The notes: generated from the sequence alone by a model not told the origin. Positions 43,402-54,490 are shown, counted from the stretch's first letter. The stretch: DNA of 64,000 nucleotides from an uncultured Chloroflexia bacterium (GCA_963824735.1 CAWGQH010000016.1:133032-197031); one strand, 5' to 3'. Made by a program: numbers and translations.

Positions 43402-44931
43402 ATGACCGTGTCCGAGCGACCAATCGGGAACGCAGCCCCGTCGCTGGAGCGCGACGCCATCGGGCTGCCCGAGGTGCTGTTCCAGTCGATCACCCACATG
43501 GCGCCCGCTGTGGCGACGGCCCTGTCGATCGGCGCGGCCACGTCGTTCGCCGGCGGCATCACGCCCCTGGCCGTGCTGTTCGCGATGATCGCGGTGCTGT
43601 TCACGGCGTACTCCATGGCCCAGCTCGCGAAGCACCTGCCGTCCGCCGGTGGGATGTTCACCTACGTCCGCAACGGGCTCGGGTCGTTCTTCGGCTGGCT
43701 CGTCGCGTGGGGGTTCGCGCTGGCCGAGCCCCTGGTCATGCCGCTCCTCCTCGGAGGGTTCGGCTTCTACGGCGCGATCTTCCTGTCGACCTACCTCGGC
43801 ATCAACTTCGAGTACGCGTGGCTCGGGCTGGCGGTCCTGTGCGGACTCGTCGTCTGGTGGCTCACCTACCGGGGCATCGGGATCTCGACGCGGACAGGCA
43901 TCGTCCTCGGGATCATCGAGATCGTCATCTTCCTGTTGATCTCGGCGCTGCTCATCGTGAACGCGGACCAGAACACGCTGAACGTGTTCCTTCCCGGCGC
44001 CGATGGCGTGCGGCCGGCCTTCCAGGGGATGATCTTCTGCCTGCTGGCCTTCATCGGCTTCGAGGCGGCGGCGCCGCTCGGTGAGGAGACCAGGGAGCCG
44101 CGGCGCACAATCCCGCGCGCGGTCATCTGGTCGGCCGTCCTCATCGGCGCGTTCTACGTCTTCAACTACTACGCCGCAACGGTCTTCTTCGGGCCGGATC
44201 GGATGACCGAGTTCTACACGTTCAACGACGGCGACCCGTGGGGCTTCATGGCCGAGGAGGTGCTGCCCGGCATCGGTGGCCTGCTCATCGTCTTCGCGAT
44301 CCTCAACAGCTCGCTGGCGAACGCGAACGCGGGCGCGAACGCGGCGACCCGATCACTCTTCGCCATGGGCCGCGTCAGGCTGCTGCCCGGCTGGTTCGCG
44401 GCGGTCCACCCGCAGAACCGGACGCCGGTCAACGCAGTGCATTTCCAGGCGATCAGCGCGATCATCATCGCCGTCGTCCTCGGAGTGATCCTCGCCAACG
44501 ACCCGTTCCCGACGCCCGAGGGCGCATCCAGCTTCGGCGGCCTGAACGTGTACGTCTTCCTCGGCACGATGCTCGGGCTGATCTTCGTCTTCCTGTACAT
44601 CATGGTGAACCTGGCGTGCATCGGCTACTTCTGGCGCCAGCGACGCGACGAGTTCAACTTCATCAAGCACCTGATCGTGCCGGTCCTCGGCGTGGTGGCG
44701 ATGATCCCCGCCGGGCTGGCGGTGATCGGCGGCGTTACGATCCCGATCCTCGACATCCCGCTTCCGCCGTACGCGAACGCGCTGCAGTACACCGCGCCGA
44801 TCGTGGGGGTCTGGATGCTGATCGGCATCGTCCTCTACTTCGTGCTTCGCGCCCGCGAACCCGAAGCGCTCGATCGCATGGGCGATGTGTATGGCGGCGA
44901 GGCGCCGTCGCCAACCGACAGCATCGAGTAA
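43402..44931 (+). CDS. APC-family amino acid/polyamine permease
   Basis: ORF 43057..44931 trimmed to ATG 43402, preceded by GGAGCGAGGAGGG. About 12 TM helices. Confidence 0.85.
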   Translation: MTVSERPIGNAAPSLERDAIGLPEVLFQSITHMAPAVATALSIGAATSFAGGITPLAVLFAMIAVLFTAYSMAQLAKHLPSAGGMFTYVRNGLGSFFGWLVAWGFALAEPLVMPLLLGGFGFYGAIFLSTYLGINFEYAWLGLAVLCGLVVWWLTYRGIGISTRTGIVLGIIEIVIFLLISALLIVNADQNTLNVFLPGADGVRPAFQGMIFCLLAFIGFEAAAPLGEETREPRRTIPRAVIWSAVLIGAFYVFNYYAATVFFGPDRMTEFYTFNDGDPWGFMAEEVLPGIGGLLIVFAILNSSLANANAGANAATRSLFAMGRVRLLPGWFAAVHPQNRTPVNAVHFQAISAIIIAVVLGVILANDPFPTPEGASSFGGLNVYVFLGTMLGLIFVFLYIMVNLACIGYFWRQRRDEFNFIKHLIVPVLGVVAMIPAGLAVIGGVTIPILDIPLPPYANALQYTAPIVGVWMLIGIVLYFVLRAREPEALDRMGDVYGGEAPSPTDSIE

Positions 44932-44948
44932 CCGAAGCGCGTGGATCG

Positions 44949-44975
44949 ATGAGCCGGCCTCCCGGGCCGGCTCAT
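44949..44975. terminator. GC-rich hairpin between convergent genes (likely intrinsic terminator)
   Basis: ATGAGCCGGCC (44949-44959) pairs perfectly with GGCCGGCTCAT (44965-44975) around the loop TCCCG. It is followed by TCGTT. Confidence 0.55.
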
Positions 44976-44986
44976 TCGTTACCGGA

Positions 44987-45949
44987 CTACTCGAAGATCC
45001 CGAGCGGGCAGTAGGCGGTGACGATGAAGTTGGGCACGTCCACGATCTCGCTGATCCGCAGGTCGACCGCCACGCTGCACAGCAGGTAGGCCCGCACGGC
45101 TTCGAGCCCGTGCTCGCGGCCGAGCCAGTCGATCATCCGGCGGACTGCGTCACGGGCCGCGATCAGCAGGTCCGGCCCGATGCCGTCCGTGGCGTAGCGC
45201 GCGCCGTTGCGCAGCTCCGCGTGCGGATCCGGCGCCGCGAGGAATGCCGGCGCGTCGAGGTGCAGGTCCTTGCGGACGGTGAGGCGCAGGCGTGCCCGCA
45301 TCGGCGTTTCGATGGCCGTCCCCGACACCTCGCCGTCGCCCTGCGTCGCGTGGCCGTCGCCGGCGGACAGGCGCGCACCCGGCTGGAAGACCGGCAGGAA
45401 CAGTGTCGAGCCGGCGACGAGGTGGCGCGTATCCATGTTGCCGCCGTGGACGTCGGGCGGGATCGTCGACAGCGGACCCCTGGTTGGCGCAACGCCGATC
45501 ACGCCGCAGAACGGCGCCACCGGGATGCGGATGCCCGGCCAGAACTCCACGCGCTCGGCACCGGCCTCGAGGCGCGTCACCTTGTAGACGGGATCGGGGA
45601 AGTCGTCGGCCAGGAGGCCGAAGCCCGGGATGGAGGCCGTCCAGCCCCAGTCCGCGGGCTCGAATTCGAGCAGGTCGATCTGGAGCGTGTCGCCCGGCTC
45701 GGCTCCCTCCACCGCGACCGGCCCGGTGACCTGGTCGACCCGGTCGAAGTCCAGCTTCGCGAGGGTCTCGTTGGTGGACTCGGCGTTCAGCTGCCCGAAC
45801 GAGGCGTCCAGGCAGTCGAGCTCGACGACGTCGCCGGAGCCGATGCTCGCCACCGCGGGGATGGCCGGATCCCAGGTGAGATGGTTCTGGTCGCGTGAGA
45901 CGTGGATGGTCGCCGCGTCAAGACCCATCTGCGCATTGTACGGATGCAC
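44987..45949 (-). CDS. acetamidase/formamidase (FmdA/AmdA) family protein
   Basis: ORF 44987..45949. Motifs: VHGGNMD, GDGHATQGDGEVSGTAIE. Confidence 0.85.
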   Translation of the reverse strand: MHPYNAQMGLDAATIHVSRDQNHLTWDPAIPAVASIGSGDVVELDCLDASFGQLNAESTNETLAKLDFDRVDQVTGPVAVEGAEPGDTLQIDLLEFEPADWGWTASIPGFGLLADDFPDPVYKVTRLEAGAERVEFWPGIRIPVAPFCGVIGVAPTRGPLSTIPPDVHGGNMDTRHLVAGSTLFLPVFQPGARLSAGDGHATQGDGEVSGTAIETPMRARLRLTVRKDLHLDAPAFLAAPDPHAELRNGARYATDGIGPDLLIAARDAVRRMIDWLGREHGLEAVRAYLLCSVAVDLRISEIVDVPNFIVTAYCPLGIFE

Positions 45950-45958
45950 CGGCGAGCC

Positions 45959-48665
45959 TCATGCGGAAGCGCCTTCGGGGTGCCGGCGCTGTGTGGTCCG
46001 TCCCGGGTCGGCGACCGCGGCAGACGTCACGACGACCGTGTGGTGGCCTGGCTCCAGGCGGGCGACGACGCTTGCGGGCTGTCCGTCGACGGTCACGACC
46101 GATGCCGCCGTGGCCGGCGCGGTGAACTCGCCGCGTCGTCCCGAACGGCAGCTCCACGTCGACGACGAGGGTGTCTCCGTCCAGGCGCCAGCCGATCGCC
46201 GCGCGCCCGAAGCTCGTCTCGATCGCGGCGTTTGCCCAGTCGATGCCGCGGCCCGGCTTCGGCGCGAGGAGCACGTGCCGGTAGCCGGGGCGCTCCCGAT
46301 CGGGCGCGATACCCGCCACGTGCCGGTACACCCAGTCCACCACGGCGCCGTAGGCGTAGTGGTTGAAGCTCAGCATGTGCGCCTCGCCGGAATCGGGGAG
46401 GTCCTGGGGCGTCGTCATCGTGCCGGGGTGGATCGATCCGTCGGGGCGGATCGCATCCCAGCGCTCCCAGACGGTGGTGCCGCCCTGGCGAACCTGGTAG
46501 AGCCAGGACGGCGACTCGCGGCGAAGGAGCATCAGGTAGCACTCGTCGAGGTGCCCGAACTCGCTGAGCGCCGGCAGCACCAGCGGCGTCCCCAGGAACC
46601 CGGTGGCGACACGCCCTTCGGTTGCGCGGACCAGCGCCGCCAGGGCGGCCGCGACGCGCGCTCGTTCGCCGTCGGGCGCAACGCCCAGCTGCAGCGCGAC
46701 GGCGCAACCGGTCGGCGTCTCGAGGGCATGGTCGGTCCAGCGGTCCCACGTCGCGGCCGCCATCTCGCGGCCGAGCGAGCTGTAGGTTTCCGCTGCCGAT
46801 CGGTCTCCCAGGACTGCCGCGGCGTCCGCCACGAGCCGGGCGCTGTGCGCGAAGAACGCGTTCGCGAGGTAGTCCGAGTCCGCCTTCGCCTCCCACGGCC
46901 GCGCGACCGGCGCGTCGGGGTCGAGCCAGTCGCCGAACTGCGTCCCGGGGACGAGCAGCCCGTCCGGCGCGCGTCGTCGTGCCAGCGAATCCACCCAGGC
47001 GCGCATGCTCGCGAACTGCCGTTCGAGCACCGCCCGGTCCCCATACGCCTCGTAGACCGCCCACGGCACGATCGTGGCCGCGTCGGCCCAGCCCGCCCGT
47101 CCAAAGCGGAGCTCGCCGGAAAGGACGACGTCGGGCACGACCGAAGGGACCCCGAGCGCCGGGTCCTGATCGATCGCCAGGTCGCGCAGCCAGCTCGTCC
47201 AGAACGCGGCCGAGTCGAACAGCGTGCTGCCGGTGGCCGCGAACGCCTGCGCGTCGCCGGTCCAGCCGAGTCGCTCGTCGCGCTGCGGACAGTCGGTCGG
47301 GATGGACACGAAGTTGTCGCGCTGGGACCACACCACGTTCTCGTGGAACCGGGTCAGGTCGGCGTCCGAGCACTCGAAGGACGCGCGCCCCGCGGTATCG
47401 CTGCTGATCGCGACGAACTGGGCATCGAGGATCTCGGCCGACGTCTCGACCTCCGCGTGGCGGAAGCCGTGGAACGTGAACGCCGGCTCGAGCACGACCG
47501 GGTCCTCGCCGGCGAGGATGTACACGTCCGTCGCCTTCGCGGAGCGGAGCGCGCGGGTGTGCAGGCCGCCGTCGGGTTCGGTCACCTCGGCGTGGCGCAC
47601 CACGACCCGGTCGTCGCGCGCCCCGCGGACCGTGAGCCGGACCCAGCCCGAGATGTTCTGGCCGCCATCGAGCCGCCAGCACCCCTCGCCCGCCGGCGTC
47701 AGATGGACCGGCAGGACGGCGACCCGCCGGACCGGCGGTGCGGAGCGCGGCTCGATCAAGCCCGGATCGAACGGGACGCTGGTCGCAGCGATCCAGCCGG
47801 AATCATCGAAGCCCGGCAGGTCCCAGCCGGGCTGCGCCGCGCGCAGGTCGATCGTGCTGCCGTCGTACAGGTCCGCCGCGCGGACCTCGGTCGTCGACGC
47901 CCGCCAGGTCCGGTCCGACGCGACGACCAGGCGCGTGCCGTCGACGCAGTCGATTTCGAGCTGCGCCACCAGCCCGAGCTCCTGGCCGTAGCGGCAGCGG
48001 TCGTCCGCCGCGTCCCAACCAAGCCGGCCGCGGTACCACCCGTCCCCGAGCACTGCGCCGATGGCGTTCCGCCCCGGCGTCAGCAGGCGCGTCACGTCGT
48101 ACGTGTCGGCAAGGATGCGGTGGCGATAGGACGTCCAACCCGGCGCCAGCAGGTCGTCGGAGACCAGGCGACCGTTCAGGGACACCCGGTGGACGCCGAG
48201 CGCGGTGACATGGAGGCGAGCGCTGGCGATCGGTGCCGGCACGTCGAACTCCCGCCGGAGCACCGGCGACGGTGACTGACCGCGGCTGCCCGGGTCGTCC
48301 GGGAGCGTGATGGCGCGCGCGGACCACGCGCCGGCCTCGAGGAGGCCCGCCTCGATCCGCAGCGGATCGCTCCAGCCGGACCAGCCCGAGACGTCACGCA
48401 CGCGGACCCGGTAGTGGCGGACCTCCCGGCTGCGCAGCGGACCGCCTGGTGCGGGCACGGCGACCTGCGCATCGGTGTCCCGCTGCTCGGTCGTCGCGAG
48501 AACGGTCTCGAAGCCGGGCGATTCGGACGCCTCGATCTCGTAGCCGAGCTGCACGAGCCCGGGATGCGAGGCGCTGACCTGCCAGGAGAGCCGCGGCTGC
48601 TCAGCGCCGAACGCGAGCACGCCGTCGGGGAGCTGCGAGCGGACCCGCTGGACGACGAGCGTCAC
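45959..48665 (-). pseudogene. GH78 alpha-L-rhamnosidase (single frame break near the 3' end as assembled)
   Basis: GTG 48665 overlaps the upstream TGA (GTGA). Motifs: DCPQRDERLGWTGDAQ, WLYQVRQGGTTVWERWD. The break is at about 46133. The tail GEFTAPATAASVVTVDGQPASVVARLEPGHHTVVVT... ends at TGA 45959-45961. Confidence 0.85.
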
Positions 48666-49498
48666 CCCTTGACCGCCCCGGAGGAAATCCCCGACACGAT
48701 CTGGCGCTGGAAGAACAGGAACACGATCAGCGGCGGGATGGTGATCAGGAGCACGTCGGCGAAGAGCAGGTGCCAGCGCGTGTTGAACTGGCTCTGGAAG
48801 TTGAACAGCGTCAGCTGGACCGTTGCGTTCTCCGTGCCGGGCAGGAAGTAGAGCGGGTTGACGAAGTCGTTGTAGACGGCAACGGTGGCCACGACGATGA
48901 CCGTGATCACGGCCGGACGCAGCAACGGGAAGATCACCGAAAAGAACAGGCGCAATGGCGAGGCCCCGTCCATGATCGCGGCCTCGTCCAGCTCGCGCGG
49001 GATGCTCGCCACGAAGGCCCGGAAGATCAGGACCGAGAACGGCAAGAGGAACGCCACCTCGACGAGCGTCAGCCCGGGAAGCGTCTTGAACAGCCCGAGC
49101 GCCTGCAGCACGTAGATGGTCGGGACGATCGCCGGCGGGATGATCAGACCGGCCAGCATGAGCGCGCTCACGACCGAGCCGATGCGATCGCGCCGGCGCT
49201 GCAGCACGAACCCGACCATCGCCGCGAACAGCACGATCAACGTGACCGAGGCCACGGTCAGGATCAGGCTGTTCCGCATCGCGGTGATCATGAGGTTGTT
49301 GCGGAACCCGATCACCTCGAGGACGTTGTCGACGATGAGCCAGTTCGTCGGCAGGGTGAACTGCAGTCGGGCGGACTCGGCCTGGTCTTTCGCCGCCGTG
49401 AACACGATGAACACGAACGGAACGACGAAGATGATCCCGACGATCGCGAGCGCGACCGCATCGATCCACCACTTCCTGACGAACCGCACGGCGGTCAC
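48662..49498 (-). CDS. carbohydrate ABC transporter permease
   Basis: ORF 48662..49927 trimmed to GTG 49498 (GTGA overlap with the upstream stop). EAA loop: LDEAAIMDGASPLRLFFSVIFPL. Confidence 0.85.
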   Translation of the reverse strand: MTAVRFVRKWWIDAVALAIVGIIFVVPFVFIVFTAAKDQAESARLQFTLPTNWLIVDNVLEVIGFRNNLMITAMRNSLILTVASVTLIVLFAAMVGFVLQRRRDRIGSVVSALMLAGLIIPPAIVPTIYVLQALGLFKTLPGLTLVEVAFLLPFSVLIFRAFVASIPRELDEAAIMDGASPLRLFFSVIFPLLRPAVITVIVVATVAVYNDFVNPLYFLPGTENATVQLTLFNFQSQFNTRWHLLFADVLLITIPPLIVFLFFQRQIVSGISSGAVKG

Positions 49499-50469
49499 AG
49501 CTCGAGCTCCCGCTTCGAGAAGAACCGCATGAGCGGATAGACGAGCGCTGTCACGGCGATGAACAGGATGACGTTGCCGGCCGTCGCCAGGCCGTAGAAC
49601 CCGGCCTGGTACTGCTTGTAGATCGTCGACGTCAGCACGTCGGTCGCGAACCCGGGGCCGCCGCGCGTCATCGTCCAGATCAGGTCGAACGTGCGCAGGC
49701 CACCGATGAACGACAGCAGGATCACGGTGAACGTCGCGTTCCTGCTCAGCGGAATGATGATGTGGCGGAAGTGCACCCACGCACCGCCCTCGAGGCGCGC
49801 CGCATCGCTGTACTCCTCGGGGATCGAGAGGATCCCCGCGATGAAGATGACCATGGCGATCCCGACGCCTTTCCAGACGTCGACCAGCGCCACGGACAGC
49901 AACGCGATGTCTGTGTTCGTGAGCCACCCCGGGCCATCAATGCCGATGGCGGCGAGGGCCACATTGATCACCCCGCGTGAGGGGTGCATCAGCACGGCGA
50001 AGGTGATGCCCACCGCGACGGTGCTGACCAGGACGGGGAAGAAGATGATCCCTCGAAACAGCGTCCTGAGCCGGATGCTCGAGGTCAGGAGCGTCGCGAG
50101 CAGCAGGCCAAGGACGACCTTGAGGCCGCTCGTCACGAACGCGTAGACGATGGTGTTCCGCAGGCCGTTCGTCAGGGACGGCTCCCTGAGGAACAGCTCG
50201 AAGTTGTCGAGGCCGATGAACTGGGCGTCGAACAGGGTCCAGCGGGTCAGGCTGTACCAGAACGAGAGCACCGTCGGCGCGATGAAGATGATGCCGAAGA
50301 CGATCAGGGCCGGCAGGTAGAACCAGTAGGGGTAGGCGCCCAGCGTTGCGACGTTCCGGCGGCGGATGACACCGACACCGTCGGAAACCTGAGCGTCAAA
50401 TGGCGGTGCGGCGGGGGTCGACCCATGCTGGTCGACCCCCTGGTCGTGCTCCCTGCGGAGGACGCCCAC
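49495..50469 (-). CDS. carbohydrate ABC transporter permease
   Basis: ORF 49495..50469. EAA loop: YSDAARLEGGAWVHFRHIIIPL. Confidence 0.85.
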   Translation of the reverse strand: MGVLRREHDQGVDQHGSTPAAPPFDAQVSDGVGVIRRRNVATLGAYPYWFYLPALIVFGIIFIAPTVLSFWYSLTRWTLFDAQFIGLDNFELFLREPSLTNGLRNTIVYAFVTSGLKVVLGLLLATLLTSSIRLRTLFRGIIFFPVLVSTVAVGITFAVLMHPSRGVINVALAAIGIDGPGWLTNTDIALLSVALVDVWKGVGIAMVIFIAGILSIPEEYSDAARLEGGAWVHFRHIIIPLSRNATFTVILLSFIGGLRTFDLIWTMTRGGPGFATDVLTSTIYKQYQAGFYGLATAGNVILFIAVTALVYPLMRFFSKRELEL

Positions 50470-50478
50470 GCAGCCTGC

Positions 50479-51858
50479 TTACCAGCCCGGGAGGCCGAGC
50501 TGCTGTCCCTGCTTTTCGACGTCCTGGTCGTACAGTTCGGCGCCTTCCTCGGCGGTGTTCTGTCCAGTTCCGACGGCCACGGTGATCTGCTCGAGCGCCG
50601 GGCCCTTGATGGGCGACAGGAACTCGAGGGCCGGCGCGACGAGGCCCGCGTCGATGTATGGCTGCATGTCCTTGATCGCTACCGGGACGTCGTCCGGGAG
50701 CGTCGAACCCTCGATCATGTACGGACCTGATGGAGCAACGCCGGCGCTCATCGCCTCGGTGCCTTCGACCGACGCGATGTATGCGAGGAACTGCTTCGCT
50801 GCGTCGAGCTTGGCACCTTCGGTTGTTGCCGGAATGTAGGTCGCGGCGGGCATCCAGATGGTGGCACCGTTGTTCGCGGCGTCCGTGCCCGGCTGGGCAA
50901 AGAACCCGACGTCGGCGGCCTGCTCCGGGAAGTTCTCGACGATCGTACCGACAGCGAACGTCAACATCGGGTAATGGGCGCACTCGCCGGTGGCGAGCAG
51001 CTCCTGGCCGCGCTCGAACTTGTCGGCCTCGAAGTCCTCCTGGAACCAGCCCTTCTCGTGTGCTTCCTGCATGTGCTCGAAGCCGGCCATCGCAGCCGGC
51101 GTGTCGGAATAGTGAGCCTCGTTGGCCGTGTACTTCTCGGCGAAGTCGGGCACGGCCGCCTGCACGTTGTAGTAGTCCGCCAGCACGAAGAGCTGTGATG
51201 TCCACGTGTCGCCGAATGTCCCGCAGATGGGAGCCGTGCCGGCTTCCTTGATCTTCTCGTTGTTCGCCGCGAACTCCTCCCAGGTCTTCGGGACCGTGAG
51301 CCCGAGATCGCTGTAGATCTTGTTGTTGTACAGGATGCCGCCGCCGAGGCTGCCCTCCGTCGGCACGCCGTAGATCCCGTCACCGGCGGACACGGTCGGC
51401 AGGTACGCCTCGACCATGTTCTCGATGAACGGCTCGCCCGACAGATCGACCAGCGACTCGGTCGGGTTCAACGCCTGGAACAGGGACCCGGAGTTGTAAT
51501 AGAAGATGTCCGACATCTCGCCGGTGGCCAGGCGGGTCTTGACGAGGTTGTCGCCCTCCGTGCCGCCCGGGTGCGTCTCGATCTCGATCGTCACGTTCGG
51601 ATGGAGCGCCATGTAGGCCTCGGTCAGGCCCTGGAGACGGGCCTGCGTGACGTTGTTGTCGTCCACGTAGTAGGTCAGGGTCACCGGCTCGTCCGAGACG
51701 GCGCTCGCGGTCGGGGCTTCGGACGCGGCGGGAGCCTCAGAACCCGGCGCCACCGATGGCGCCTCGGTTGCACCGCTGAAACCGCCGCTGCAGGCGGCGA
51801 TCGCCAGCGCGGCAAAGATGGTGAGGACGCCCAGTCGCGTCCTGGCTGAGTGGCGCAT
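50479..51858 (-). CDS. ABC transporter sugar-binding lipoprotein
   Basis: SD GAGGAGGAGGAG precedes ATG 51858 (MRHSARTRLGVLTIFAALAIAACSGG, lipobox) within ORF 50479..51942. Confidence 0.85.
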   Translation of the reverse strand: MRHSARTRLGVLTIFAALAIAACSGGFSGATEAPSVAPGSEAPAASEAPTASAVSDEPVTLTYYVDDNNVTQARLQGLTEAYMALHPNVTIEIETHPGGTEGDNLVKTRLATGEMSDIFYYNSGSLFQALNPTESLVDLSGEPFIENMVEAYLPTVSAGDGIYGVPTEGSLGGGILYNNKIYSDLGLTVPKTWEEFAANNEKIKEAGTAPICGTFGDTWTSQLFVLADYYNVQAAVPDFAEKYTANEAHYSDTPAAMAGFEHMQEAHEKGWFQEDFEADKFERGQELLATGECAHYPMLTFAVGTIVENFPEQAADVGFFAQPGTDAANNGATIWMPAATYIPATTEGAKLDAAKQFLAYIASVEGTEAMSAGVAPSGPYMIEGSTLPDDVPVAIKDMQPYIDAGLVAPALEFLSPIKGPALEQITVAVGTGQNTAEEGAELYDQDVEKQGQQLGLPGW

Positions 51859-52008
51859 GCTCGCTCCTCCTCCTCGGATCGCGTATGCCGCTGGGCGGCA
51901 GACCGCGAGGAACGCGTTCAGGCGCGTTCGAGCCGCCAGCATGGGGCCGAGTCATGCGGCCGACTTGACCGTCCTTGACCAGTTCTTGGACGGTCTTGCG
52001 CTGCCGCG

Positions 52009-52965
52009 CTAGCCCCGAACCGCGGTCCGTTCGACGCCGGCCGGGATGCCGCCGGCCCGCTGGCGGTGGCGAAACTCGCGTGGGCTTATCCCATAGACAG
52101 CGCGGAACCGGCGCGAGAAGTAGGCCGGATCGGGCCAGCCCACCGCCGCTCCGATCGACGCCACGGTGTCGTCCGTTCGCGTCAGCATGACCGCTGCGCG
52201 TTCCGCACGAATCTGGGTGAGATAGTGCATGGGCGGCATCCCCAGCGACCTGGCGAAGCTGCGAGCGAGGTGGGTGGGGCCAACGTAGGTCAGCCGACTC
52301 AGTTCCGTGAGCGTCCAGGGGAACGCGACGTCATCCTCGATCAACGCGCGCGCTGTCGCGACCGAGGACGGGAGTGGCATCGATGCGTCGGCGTCGCCGG
52401 CGGCACGGGCCGCCGTCGCGACCACGTCGAGTGCCAGCAACAGGTGTCCGACCTGCCCCGCGCGAGTGCGTGCCTCCGGCGCACCGCGGTCGATCGGCTC
52501 GAGCGCGGCGAGAAACGATTTGGTCTGGGCCTCGTCGAGCTGGACGTTCACGATCTCGCAACCCCGCTTGTTGCCAGGCCGCGGCAGTGGATCGAACAGG
52601 ACGCGGAGCTCGTCGTCGCGGAACGCCCACAGCAACTCTGCATCCGCGAGATCGGCCCGGAACAGGCAGTTGTAGACACGGATGTCCTCGCACAGCCGGT
52701 ACTCGTGTCCGATTCCGGGCGGAACGAAGATCACCGTCCCGCGTTCCACGCGCTCGATCCCGCGATCGCTGACGTGATAGGCGCTTCCACTCTTGACGAT
52801 CGCGAGCTCGTAGAAGTCGTGGAAATGCCAGGGGGTCGTCGTGAAGTGCAATGCGTCGAAGATGCCCACGGCAGCGTCTGGCGGGATGTAGACCGCCGCG
52901 AGGCGGTGGACGGCCGAACTCGGATCCCGGCCGTGGTCCTCGAGCACCCCCTTCGGAAGAGCCAT
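52009..52965 (-). CDS. AraC-family transcriptional regulator (cupin + HTH)
   Basis: ORF 52009..52965. An N-terminal cupin-like domain and a C-terminal double HTH (THLARSFARSLGMPPMHYL...GWPDPAYFSRRFRAVYGISPREFR). Confidence 0.85.
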   Translation of the reverse strand: MALPKGVLEDHGRDPSSAVHRLAAVYIPPDAAVGIFDALHFTTTPWHFHDFYELAIVKSGSAYHVSDRGIERVERGTVIFVPPGIGHEYRLCEDIRVYNCLFRADLADAELLWAFRDDELRVLFDPLPRPGNKRGCEIVNVQLDEAQTKSFLAALEPIDRGAPEARTRAGQVGHLLLALDVVATAARAAGDADASMPLPSSVATARALIEDDVAFPWTLTELSRLTYVGPTHLARSFARSLGMPPMHYLTQIRAERAAVMLTRTDDTVASIGAAVGWPDPAYFSRRFRAVYGISPREFRHRQRAGGIPAGVERTAVRG

Positions 52966-52967
52966 CG

Positions 52968-54170
52968 CTACCAGCTCGCCGCGACGCCGCCGACGCGGGC
53001 CGCCTCCCGAGCCTCGGCCTCGCCGCTATCCAGATAGGCCCGGTATGGGTCGGCCGGCAGGCCGCGGTCGGTTCGCAGCTCCGCGAGCATTGATCGCACG
53101 TCGACCTGATACGCGTCCTGGAGGAGCCGGTTCGCTTCGAGGACGTCGCCACGCTCCTGGGCCTCGCGCAGCGCCTCGGTGTCGACGAGCAGCGCCCGGG
53201 CGAAGGTCTCCTGGAGCGTCATGACGGAGCGGATCATCGCCGGGATCTTCGGCTCGATGTTGTGGCACTGGTCCAGCATGTAGACAACCCGATTGGCGGT
53301 GTCCCTGGCGATCGCGTCGGTGTCATCGCGCATCGCACCAACGAGCTCGTGGAAGATCCGGAACAGCTGGTACGGGTCGATGCTGCCGACCATCAGGTCG
53401 TCGTCGCCGTACTTCTTGTCGTTCAGGTCAAACGCTCCCAGGCGTCCTTCCTGGAGCAGGATCGCGACGATGTGCTCGATGTTGACGGCCATGGCGTGAT
53501 GCCCGGTATCGACGCAGACCTGCGCGCGCTCACCGAGGTGCTGGCAGACCGACAGCGACTGGCCCCAGTCCTGCACGTCGGTGTGGTAGAACGCCGGCTC
53601 GTAGAGCTTGTACTCGAGGAGCATGCGGGCGTTGTCGGGGAGGGCCGCATAGACCTCGGTCAACGACTCGATGAGGCGACGGCGGCGTGCACGGAAGTCG
53701 TCCTGGCCGGGATAGTTCGTCCCGTCTGACAGCCAGACCTTCACGATGTCGGAGCCGGTTTCTCGGGCAATCTCGCAGCAGCGGGTGATCGCGTCGATCG
53801 CCTTGCGCCGCACCGCCGCCGATGGGTGGGTCAGGGAACCGAGCTTGTAGTCCTCGTCCTGGAACGTGTTCGAGTTGATGCCGCCGATGCGGATGCCACG
53901 CTCCGACGCGAAGGCCGCGAGCGCGCCGAAGTCCTCGACGTCGTCCCACGGGATGTGCAGGGCAACGGTCTTCGGGATCCCGGTGTAGCGGGCGACCGTA
54001 GCCGCATCCTCGACCTTCTCGAAGGCATCCCGCGGGACGCCGGCCTGCGGGAACACGCGGAACCGGGTGCCGGTGTTCACGAACCCCCACGACGGAATCT
54101 CGACGGCCAGCTCGGTCGTCGCCCAGCGGATGCGGTCGAGATCGGTTCGCGTCTGCACGTCCATCGTCAC
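52968..54170 (-). CDS. rhaI: L-rhamnose isomerase (xylose-isomerase-like TIM barrel, actinobacterial/P. stutzeri type)
   Basis: ORF 52968..54170. Motifs: EYKLYEPAFYHTDV, DTGHHA. The gene context is rhaM/rhaB/rhaEW. Confidence 0.8.
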   Translation of the reverse strand: MTMDVQTRTDLDRIRWATTELAVEIPSWGFVNTGTRFRVFPQAGVPRDAFEKVEDAATVARYTGIPKTVALHIPWDDVEDFGALAAFASERGIRIGGINSNTFQDEDYKLGSLTHPSAAVRRKAIDAITRCCEIARETGSDIVKVWLSDGTNYPGQDDFRARRRRLIESLTEVYAALPDNARMLLEYKLYEPAFYHTDVQDWGQSLSVCQHLGERAQVCVDTGHHAMAVNIEHIVAILLQEGRLGAFDLNDKKYGDDDLMVGSIDPYQLFRIFHELVGAMRDDTDAIARDTANRVVYMLDQCHNIEPKIPAMIRSVMTLQETFARALLVDTEALREAQERGDVLEANRLLQDAYQVDVRSMLAELRTDRGLPADPYRAYLDSGEAEAREAARVGGVAASW

Positions 54171-54490
54171 TCCAGGTGGAAGACCTCGGGGATCCTCGTG
54201 TGGAACCCCGTGTCGGGATCGGTCAGGGGATCGATCAGCTCGGCCATCTCCGCCTGCCAGCGGGCATTCGCCTCGCTGGTTGCCATCTGGCCGGTGAACC
54301 GGTCGAAATCGTCGACCTCGAGGTAGGCAAAGAGGTCCGCGCCACGCAGGAAGATCGAATAGTTGCGTGCACCGGCCGCGCGCAGGTCGGCGAGGAGCTC
54401 CGGCCAGACCGCTTCGTGACGGCGGCGGTACTCCGCCTCGCGACCGGGCAGCACCCGCATCGTGAACCCGATGCGTTCCGGTCCGCTCAC
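54167..54490 (-). CDS. rhaM: L-rhamnose mutarotase
   Basis: GTG 54490 overlaps the DeoR stop (GTGA). ERIGFTMRVLPGREAEYRRRHEAVWPELLADLRAAGARNYSIF. About 107 aa. Confidence 0.8.
   Translation of the reverse strand: MSGPERIGFTMRVLPGREAEYRRRHEAVWPELLADLRAAGARNYSIFLRGADLFAYLEVDDFDRFTGQMATSEANARWQAEMAELIDPLTDPDTGFHTRIPEVFHLE

Noticed and set aside
45918-49472. 1184-aa ORF extending the GH78 rhamnosidase ~270 aa upstream over the permease gene.
   Set aside because: The extension is Arg/His/Pro-rich junk that overlaps a well-formed permease in another frame. GTG 48665, with its GTGA overlap, is the sensible start.
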